This document shows positions 57,845 to 64,000 of a stretch of DNA of 64,000 nucleotides, piece by piece. This DNA is from Candidatus Dormiibacterota bacterium (GTDB taxonomy: Bacteria > Chloroflexota > Dormibacteria > Aeolococcales > Aeolococcaceae), in NCBI GenBank assembly GCA_963808125.1, contig CAWEEP010000056.1:19759-83758 (forward strand), written 5' to 3'. The translations under genes and the position numbers were made by a program. Within the stretch, counting starts at the first letter, position 1; the number at the start of each line of letters is the position of its first letter. The notes below the pieces were generated by a model, which saw only the letters and a list, made by a program, of their open reading frames with translations, was not told the origin of the DNA and did no database searches.

Positions 57845-58563
57845 TTGGGCGACCTCGTCGAAGCTGCACATCGTCGTCGATCCCTTCTACGACGAGAACT
57901 GCTACGTGCTGCGCCGGCGTGACAGCGACCGCTGCCTGGTCGTCGACCCCGGTCTGCAGGCGGAGGAGGCGCTGCGCGTCATGGAGACCTCGAGGCTGCG
58001 ATGCGATCGCATCCTGCTCGACCCATGGTCACGCGGACCACGTCAGCGGCGTGCCCCTCCTGATGGCGGCCCACGCTTGCACGGCGGCCATCCATGCGGA
58101 GGACCGCTGGCTGCTCGACCAGCTGACCCTCTTCCCCGGCGTCCCCGCCGATCTCCCGCCGGTGCGCTGCGATGAGGACCTCACCGACGGCGCCGTGATC
58201 GCCTGGCTGGGCCTGGAGATCGCTGTGCTCCACACCCCTGGGCACACGCCCGGGTCGGTGTGCTTCGTCGTCGGCCAGGACCTGCTTGCCGGCGACACCC
58301 TCTTCCGGCGCAGCGTCGGGCGTACCGACCTTCCGGGCGGGTCCCAGGAGAGGCTGCTCTTCTCCATCCGGGACCGCCTCTACACCCTGCCGGCGGGGAC
58401 GGTGGTCCATCCCGGCCACGGCCCGGCCACCACCATCGGTGAGGAGGTCCGCGGCAACCCGATCACCCGCGGTCGGGGGCCCCGCTCAGCCGGGCGGCGC
58501 AGGCCGCCGTCCGCCGCTCAGCCGGCCGGCCGCTCCCCCGGGAGGAGGGCGAGGAGATCGTGA
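57845..58563 (+). pseudogene. MBL-fold metallo-hydrolase (glyoxalase II-like), about 2 frameshifts; ends uncertain
   Basis: KLHIVVDPFYDENCYVLRRRD..LVVDPG (ORF 57906.. frame) is followed by THGHADHVSG..LHTPGHTPGS..AGDTLF..GRTDLPGG in ORF 57835..58563. Confidence 0.7.
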
Positions 58564-59101
58564 ACGATGCCACCGGTGACGCCCCAGACGGTCCTGCCGT
58601 CGATCTCGTAGTAGTGGACGAGGCGCTCGGCGTCGTGCCCCGGCCGGCGATGGCGGCGCTGTGTGGGGAGGCGAGCAGCCCGTCGAGGGTGAGCCAGAAG
58701 GTCTCCGCCACCTCGTGGCCGTCACCCCGGACGGTGAAGGGGTGCCGCTGCACGCCGACGACGGGGGTCAGCCAGAGCTCGGACGTGTGGGTGAGACGCG
58801 CCGGGAGGCTGCCGGCGACCTCGACGTTCCCGGGGTCGAGGCCGACCTCCTCCCGGGCCTCGCGCAGCGCAGTGGCGACGATGTCGGCGTCCGCCGCTTC
58901 GGCGGCCCCCCCGGGAAAGCCGATCTGGCCCGGATGCCGGCGCAGGAACTCGGCGCGACGGACAAAGAGGAGGGGGAGACCGGCCGGGCTCGGATCGAGG
59001 AGAAGGAGCACCGCCGCCCGCCGCCTGCCCGGCGGCGACGGGACGGGCTCGCCGGGCACGGCCAGGGAGCGGCGCAGCACGTCGATCCGGGGGTCAGCCA
59101 C
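58518..59101 (-). CDS. NUDIX CoA pyrophosphatase (frameshift about 58650)
   Basis: LLFVRRAEFLRRHPGQIGFPGGAAE..ALREAREEVGL carries the NuCoA motif plus the Nudix box. The C-terminus in the other frame reads LVHYYEIDGRTVWGVTGGIVHDLLALL..* with a stop at 58518-58520. Confidence 0.7.
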
Positions 59102-59420
59102 CCTGTGACTATGCCTCCGCGGGAGCCTTCCGACGTCAGCGGCGGGGAGCCAGGAGCCGCAGGGCGGTCTCCAGGCGACACCTCGCCTCGGCGCGGGCCA
59201 CCACGTCGCCGAGAAGGGCCGCGAACGCGTGCTGGCGAATGTAGCGCTGGACGACGTCCGTCTCGGCGGCGTCGGCCGCGACCTGATCGGGCCTCCTGGC
59301 GTCCATCGCGGTGTCACCTCGTATGCTTGCCACCCGTGCCGTCTGGGTGCAACGTACGCCACCAGGGAAAGGAATCGGGTCACGTCACGAGCGAATCTCG
59401 ATGACGCCGGATCACGGCGG

Positions 59421-59738
59421 ATGAAGGGAATGAAGACACCGCCACAACCGGTCACGAAGCGAGAACGCCCGCTGTGCCCCGCCTGCGGGGGCGAGCTACG
59501 GCGTTCCCATCGCGAATACGCCGGCGCGCGCCGGTCGGTCGACATCATGATCTGCCGCGCCTGCGGCACCCAGGTGCGGGGCGGGGCCAGGGAGGACGCC
59601 GACCGACCCCACTCCGTCCGTGGCACCCCGCGCCCCCTGCCCGCCGAGGGCCCGCCCGACAACTTCGTCTTGGACCCGGCCGCCGCCCTCCTCCTGCGTC
59701 AGGTGCTGGAGGCGGAGGACCCGCGGACCGGAGCCTGA
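59421..59738 (+). CDS. small zinc-ribbon hypothetical protein
   Basis: MKGMKTPP..CPACGG..(17 aa)..CRACGT, giving two CxxC pairs. It lies inside ORF 59229..59738. Confidence 0.4.
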   Translation: MKGMKTPPQPVTKRERPLCPACGGELRRSHREYAGARRSVDIMICRACGTQVRGGAREDADRPHSVRGTPRPLPAEGPPDNFVLDPAAALLLRQVLEAEDPRTGA

Positions 59739-60565
59739 GATCGGAGCGGGCGGCGCCGGGAGCGCGCCGGCTGCGGCGGGGCCTCTCCTGCCGGGCAGTA
59801 TTTGTCGAACCAGGCCGTAACCAGTCGCTGCAGCTCGTCGCGGTCGATGTCCACTGAGATCCCGTGGCCGCTCCTCGGGAACATGTGGCGCTCCACGGCG
59901 CGACTGCAGAGCAGCCGGCGCTCGATCTCGGCTGCATTGGCGGGTGCGATGACCCGGTCGCGCTCCCCGTGGCAGATCAGCACCGGGGCGCGGACGCTGG
60001 GCAGCTCGTCGCGGACGGTGGCGACGAGCCGGGCCAGCTCGTGGATCGAGCCCCAGGAGCGGCGGCCGTACGACCACAGCTCCTCTGCGCCCTCGCGGCG
60101 GTACAGGTCGGTCTCCGTCCCGGGGACGTTCCAGCGCCGGACGCGCTTCAGCACCGGGAGGAAGCCGTCCTCCCAGCCGCGGAGTCGCAGCGGAGCGGCG
60201 AAGCAGGCGACGGCGTCGATCGCCGGCTCGCGCGCGGCGAGGTGGAGGGCCAGTGCCCCTCCCCCGGACTGCCCGGCGACCACCACCCGGTCGCACTCGC
60301 CGCGCAGCTCCTCGAGGGCGGCCGCGGCGGAGGCCGCCCAGTCCTGCCACGTGGTCCGGGCCAGGTCCTCCGGCGTCGTGCCATGTCCGGCGAGGAGGGG
60401 GCCGTGGCAGCGCCAGCCGGCAGCCGCCAGGTGCTCCCCGAGGCGCCGCAGCTCCGGGGGCGTGCCGGCGAAGCCGTGGAGCAGCAGCGCCCCGCGTCGG
60501 CCGGAGCCGATGCGCCAGGGTGCCACCACGGCGGGGTCGAACGGTGCCATGCTCCGCGCGGTCAT
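59699..60565 (-). CDS. alpha/beta hydrolase (carboxylesterase/lysophospholipase-like)
   Basis: LLLHGFAGTP, nucleophile elbow GQSGGG, and HGERD..SGHG. Intact. Its ATG overlaps the tnpB stop; an alternative start is at 60550. Confidence 0.75.
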   Translation of the reverse strand: MTARSMAPFDPAVVAPWRIGSGRRGALLLHGFAGTPPELRRLGEHLAAAGWRCHGPLLAGHGTTPEDLARTTWQDWAASAAAALEELRGECDRVVVAGQSGGGALALHLAAREPAIDAVACFAAPLRLRGWEDGFLPVLKRVRRWNVPGTETDLYRREGAEELWSYGRRSWGSIHELARLVATVRDELPSVRAPVLICHGERDRVIAPANAAEIERRLLCSRAVERHMFPRSGHGISVDIDRDELQRLVTAWFDKYCPAGEAPPQPARSRRRPLRSQAPVRGSSASST

Positions 60566-61950
60566 GCGGTCGAGTATGGCCGTTCGCAGTCATGACGCAG
60601 GAGTGAGTCCCGGTCGATGAGTGCGACCGCCGGGTGGGCCGGCGGGCTCCGGGACGCTCCCGTTTCCTGCGTCATCGGGGCGACTGCGCAGAGCGCAGGC
60701 TGACCACCCCTCGGACAGGCGTTTCGCGTCTCCGGCGCACTGCCGGCGACGTCCGGGTGAGCCCACCCGGCGAGGTTGATGGCCGCGTTGAGGTCACGGT
60801 CCAGACTGAGCCCACAGGACTGACAGCGGAAAGTCCGCTCGGCCAACTGGAGGTCGGCCAGTGCGGCGCCGCACCGTGAGCAGGTCCTGGAGCTGGGGAA
60901 GAAGCGGTCGGCGACGACCAGCTCCGCCCCATACCAGCGGCACTTGTACTGGAGCTGGCGGTGAAGCTCGCCGAAGCTCGCGTCGGCGAGGCCTCGGCGG
61001 ACGCTGCGACCCGGCTGGTCCCGCGTGCCCCGAGCACTCCGGGACATCCCAGAGACGTTGAGGTCCTCGACGACGATCCGGCCGTGGTTCTTGGCCAGTC
61101 TCGTCGTCAGTTTGTGAAGATGGTCGCGTCGGAGGTTGGCCCCCCGGGCGTGGTGGCGGGCCAGCCTGGTCGCCGCCTTGCGCCGGTTGGCGGAGCCCCT
61201 CTGGCTGTGCGAGTGGTGCCGGCTGAGGCGTCGCAGTTTGCGCAGCCCCACCCGCAGCGCGCGGGGCCCGGGCACGACTTCCCCGGTGGAGAGGGTGGCC
61301 AGGGTCAGCACGCCAACGTCCACGCCCACGGTGTCGTCATGGCCGTTGCTCGCCACGACCTGGCGCTTTACCTCGCAGCCGAAGGCGACGAACCAGGGCC
61401 CGGTCTCATAGGAGACGGTGGCGTTGAGGATGCGAGCCCGAACGTCCCTCACCGGCCGGAGGAGGGCACTCGTGTCCTCGCAGGTGCGCACCCGCCCGAT
61501 GCGCGGGAGGACGACGTGCCGCTCGTCGCGCACGCGGATGGCTCCGGTGGCGAAGCGGCAGCCCATTGGAGAACTCCGCCGCCGGAAGTGGGGGAAGCCC
61601 ACCCGGCCGCCGGCGCGCTTTCCCTGTCGGCTCTCCGACCATGCCCGCAGCGCGCGGGCAAGAGCGTCCAGGCCGGAGCTGTACGCCTCCTTGGAGTTCT
61701 CCCGCCACCAGGGCGCCTGGACCCCCTTCTGCGCGTTCCACTCCCGGCGCAGCGCCGGCAGTGACCAGCCCAGTGGCGGCGTCCTCACATTGCCGACCAT
61801 GCAGAGCTCAAGCTCGCGCAGCGCCATGGAGGCCCGCACCTGCTCCAGGCCCCAGTTGAAGGCATACCGGGCGGCGCCGCAGTGGGAGCCGGGCGCTCGC
61901 TGCTGAGCCGCGGTCGGCTGCAGCGCGAACCGGTATCCCTGACACTCCAT
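60562..61950 (-). CDS. tnpB: TnpB (IS200/IS605-family OrfB, IS1341-type) RNA-guided endonuclease-family protein, no tnpA
   Basis: Intact 462 aa ORF. The N-terminus is YRFALQPTAAQ..ARYAFNWGL. RuvC-like residues are in VGVDVGV, IVVEDLN and LDRDLNAAINL. The zinc finger is CSRCG..CQSCG. Confidence 0.85.
   Translation of the reverse strand: MECQGYRFALQPTAAQQRAPGSHCGAARYAFNWGLEQVRASMALRELELCMVGNVRTPPLGWSLPALRREWNAQKGVQAPWWRENSKEAYSSGLDALARALRAWSESRQGKRAGGRVGFPHFRRRSSPMGCRFATGAIRVRDERHVVLPRIGRVRTCEDTSALLRPVRDVRARILNATVSYETGPWFVAFGCEVKRQVVASNGHDDTVGVDVGVLTLATLSTGEVVPGPRALRVGLRKLRRLSRHHSHSQRGSANRRKAATRLARHHARGANLRRDHLHKLTTRLAKNHGRIVVEDLNVSGMSRSARGTRDQPGRSVRRGLADASFGELHRQLQYKCRWYGAELVVADRFFPSSRTCSRCGAALADLQLAERTFRCQSCGLSLDRDLNAAINLAGWAHPDVAGSAPETRNACPRGGQPALCAVAPMTQETGASRSPPAHPAVALIDRDSLLRHDCERPYSTA
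60592..60675 (-). ncRNA. candidate omega/reRNA scaffold element at the tnpB 3' end (nested stems)
   Basis: Read directly. There is an 11-bp perfect inverted repeat, ATGACGCAGGA (60592-60602) / TCCTGCGTCAT (60665-60675). It encloses GTCCCGG/CCGGGAC (60607-13 / 60649-55) and CCGCCGG/CCGGCGG (60627-33 / 60639-45). The function is inferred. Confidence 0.3.
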
Positions 61951-62110
61951 CTCGCCTCCAGTCTACCAAACAACTGTTCGTATCTCCAGGCGCGGCACGC
62001 ACCGACGGGGCCCAGGCGGCACCACTCACGCGTTCACTTGCTCACTCATACGTTGTCGACGCCGAGCAGTTCCTCAACCCCTGGGCGGACGGTGATAACG
62101 TGCCGCTGCG

Positions 62111-63160
62111 ATGGTCGATCCGCTCGTCAGCGCTCTGAATCAGCTCGTCGAGGGCCAGGACCTCGATGCCCCCACGGCCCGCGGCGTTATGGACTTGATC
62201 ATGGAAGGCGCGGCCACCGTCGCCCAGGTCGGCGGCATCCTCGCCGCCCTCCGCCTCAAGGGCGAGACCGTCGAGGAATTGTGCGGGATGGTGGAGTCGA
62301 TGCGCGACCACGCCGTCGTCGTGCCCCTCAGGGCCCCCGCGGTGGACACCTGCGGCACCGGCGGCGACCGCTCCGGCACCTTCAACATCTCCACAGCGGC
62401 GGCGCTCGTGGCGGCCGGGGCCGGCTGTGCCGTGGCCAAGCACGGCAACCGCGCGCAGTCGTCGCGGTGCGGCAGCGCCGACGTGCTCGAGGCTCTCGAC
62501 GTCGTCATCTCCCTGCCCCCGAATGGCGTGGTCCGCTGCATCGAGGAGGCCGGCATCGGCTTCATGCTCGCCCCCGACTACCACCCCGCGATGCGCCACG
62601 TGTCGTCCGTGCGGCGGGAGCTGGGGATCCGCACCGTCTTCAACATCATGGGACCGCTGGCCAATCCCGCCCGGGTCCGCCACCAGCTGATCGGCGTCCC
62701 CGACGCGGCCCTGGCCGAGAAGATGGCCGCTGTGCTCCTCCGCCTGGGCCACCGTCGCGCCGTCGTCTTCGCCGGTCCCGACGGCACCGACGAGCTGGGG
62801 CTCCACGCCGCCGCCCGAGCCTTCGTGGTGGGGGAGGGGATGGGGCAGAACGGCCGGCCGGGCACCCAGGAGCTCGTCATCGACCCCGCCAGATTGGGGC
62901 TCACTCCGGCGCCGCTCTCCGCCCTGGCGGGCGGCGACGCGGCCGACAACGCCCGGCGCATGCACTCCGTGCTGGGAGGGGAGTCCGGCCCCATGCACGA
63001 TGTCGTCGTGCTCAACGCGGGCGCGGCCCTCTACGCGGCGGAACGCGTTCCCGACATCGCCGCGGGCATGGAGGAGGCCGAGCGATCGATCACCGGTGGT
63101 GCGGCGGCCCGCAGCCTGGAGGCACTCGTCCGTGTATCGAATCAGGCCTCCCGCCAATGA
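62111..63160 (+). CDS. trpD: anthranilate phosphoribosyltransferase
   Basis: Intact 349 aa ORF with DTCGTGGDRSGTFNIST, KHGNRA and FNIMGPLANP. Confidence 0.95.
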   Translation: MVDPLVSALNQLVEGQDLDAPTARGVMDLIMEGAATVAQVGGILAALRLKGETVEELCGMVESMRDHAVVVPLRAPAVDTCGTGGDRSGTFNISTAAALVAAGAGCAVAKHGNRAQSSRCGSADVLEALDVVISLPPNGVVRCIEEAGIGFMLAPDYHPAMRHVSSVRRELGIRTVFNIMGPLANPARVRHQLIGVPDAALAEKMAAVLLRLGHRRAVVFAGPDGTDELGLHAAARAFVVGEGMGQNGRPGTQELVIDPARLGLTPAPLSALAGGDAADNARRMHSVLGGESGPMHDVVVLNAGAALYAAERVPDIAAGMEEAERSITGGAAARSLEALVRVSNQASRQ

Positions 63161-63211
63161 GGCGCCGTCCCGTGGCCGGGCCACCCCTCCCATGACCTGG
63201 ATCGATTCTCC

Positions 63212-63907
63212 ATGAGCCGCGGCACCGACCTCCTCGCCTTGCAGCGCCTCGACGAGCGCATCGGTGCGCTGCGCACGGAGATCTCCGACCTGGAGGCCGC
63301 TCTCGCCGGTGATCCGGAGCTCGACCTGCTTCGCTCCGGCACGGCTGGCGCCGAGGCCGGCGTCCGGGTCGACGAACTGGCGGCGCGCCGGGCCGAGCAG
63401 GATCTGGCCACGGTGCGGACGCGCGCCCGCCAGCTGGAGCGTCGCCTCTACGACGGTTCGGTGCGCAACCCCCAGGACCTCCTCGGCATGCAGCGCGACC
63501 TTCAGTCCCTCCAGCCGCAGATCCAGACCCTGGAGGCGCGCCTGCTCGAGGCCATGGAGGCGGCCGAGGAGGCCACTGGCCGGCTCGGCGAGGCACGTGC
63601 CGCTCAGGGGGAGCGCGAGGAGGGCCGCCGAAGCCAGGAGGCTCCGCGCCGCGACCGCGTGGCGTCTGCGCGGCGGACGCTCGAGGACACCGAGGCGGCG
63701 CGCGCCGTCGCGGCGGCCGCGGCGGGGGCGGCGGACCTGCGCACCTACGACCGCGTGGCGGTCCACCGCCGTCCCGCCGTCGTCCGACTTGAGGGTGAGA
63801 GCTGCGGCGGCTGCCATCTCCCCCTCGGCATCCGCGAAGCCCACCAGGCGCGATCTGGCGAGGCGCTCGTCCAGTGCAGCAACTGCGACCGCGTCGTGGT
63901 CGGATGA
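63212..63907 (+). CDS. coiled-coil protein with C-terminal C4 zinc ribbon (COG1579-type)
   Basis: Intact 231 aa ORF with a long heptad region, then CGGCH..(20 aa)..CSNCDR. Confidence 0.75.
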   Translation: MSRGTDLLALQRLDERIGALRTEISDLEAALAGDPELDLLRSGTAGAEAGVRVDELAARRAEQDLATVRTRARQLERRLYDGSVRNPQDLLGMQRDLQSLQPQIQTLEARLLEAMEAAEEATGRLGEARAAQGEREEGRRSQEAPRRDRVASARRTLEDTEAARAVAAAAAGAADLRTYDRVAVHRRPAVVRLEGESCGGCHLPLGIREAHQARSGEALVQCSNCDRVVVG

Positions 63908-64000
63908 CCGACCCGCCGCCGCCGGCCCCGCCCGCCGGAGCGGCGGGTCAGACCGTCATCGCCTACACCGACGGCGCCTGCTCCGGCAATCCCGGTCCCG
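63904..64000 (+). CDS. rnhA: ribonuclease HI, 5' part (runs off the window)
   Basis: The ATG at 63904 overlaps the upstream stop (ATGA). The sequence ..VIAYTDGACSGNPGP matches the RNase H N-terminal motif. Confidence 0.7.
   Translation, partial: MTDPPPPAPPAGAAGQTVIAYTDGACSGNPGP

Noticed and set aside
59136-59333. 65-aa minus-strand ORF upstream of the NUDIX gene
   Set aside because: It has no motif, and an overlapping plus-strand ORF is equally open. Evidence is insufficient.
62042-63844. 600-aa minus-strand ORF
   Set aside because: It is antisense to trpD and the zinc-ribbon gene, both of which have clear family motifs.

Overview
Very GC-rich bacterial chromosomal segment. The gene content (LLM-class F420-type oxidoreductase, mycothiol-type DinB/TIGR03086 protein, mec-cysM, ppm1-like GT2, GT39, PcsB-like CHAP hydrolase) suggests Actinomycetota or a related high-GC lineage; this is inference. 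I could support about 70 genes.

Core blocks:
- MFS, APC and three ABC-type transporters.
- eno, der, gpsA, trpD and rnhA.
- A mec-cysM pair.
- A hypF-hypC-hypD-hypE [NiFe]-hydrogenase maturation operon.
- An OmpR/HK two-component system next to a GT2-GtrA / GT39 envelope-glycosylation pair.
- One tRNA-Pro(GGG).

Accessory material:
- A two-gene operon: a VirD4/TraD-like ATPase plus a polytopic HtpX/M48-like protein with a degenerate HDLWH motif (1.7-4.1 kb).
- A small, visibly lower-GC islet next to the tRNA-Pro, with a cytoplasmic papain-like peptidase (25-26 kb).
- An approximately 8 kb visibly lower-GC island (48.8-56.9 kb). It holds a beta-helix surface protein, a decayed AbiEi/AbiEii pair, two Rhs-type toxin-tip/immunity cassettes, and an intact IS256-family element. 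The element lacks target-site duplications and sits between a truncated toxin and a 5'-truncated lon.
- A solitary, apparently intact TnpB with a strongly structured 3' region (60.4-62.0 kb).

Many genes are broken by frameshifts that cluster in certain stretches (about 0.6-11 kb, 21-30 kb, 49-59 kb), while other stretches (11-21 kb, 30-49 kb) are clean. Where I could see the context, the indels sit in short homopolymers, so consensus error is at least as likely as true pseudogenisation.

No CRISPR array or rRNA was seen. All calls come from reading the translations and recognising motifs; no database search was run. The long arginine/glycine/proline-rich antisense ORFs are treated as GC-driven shadow ORFs.
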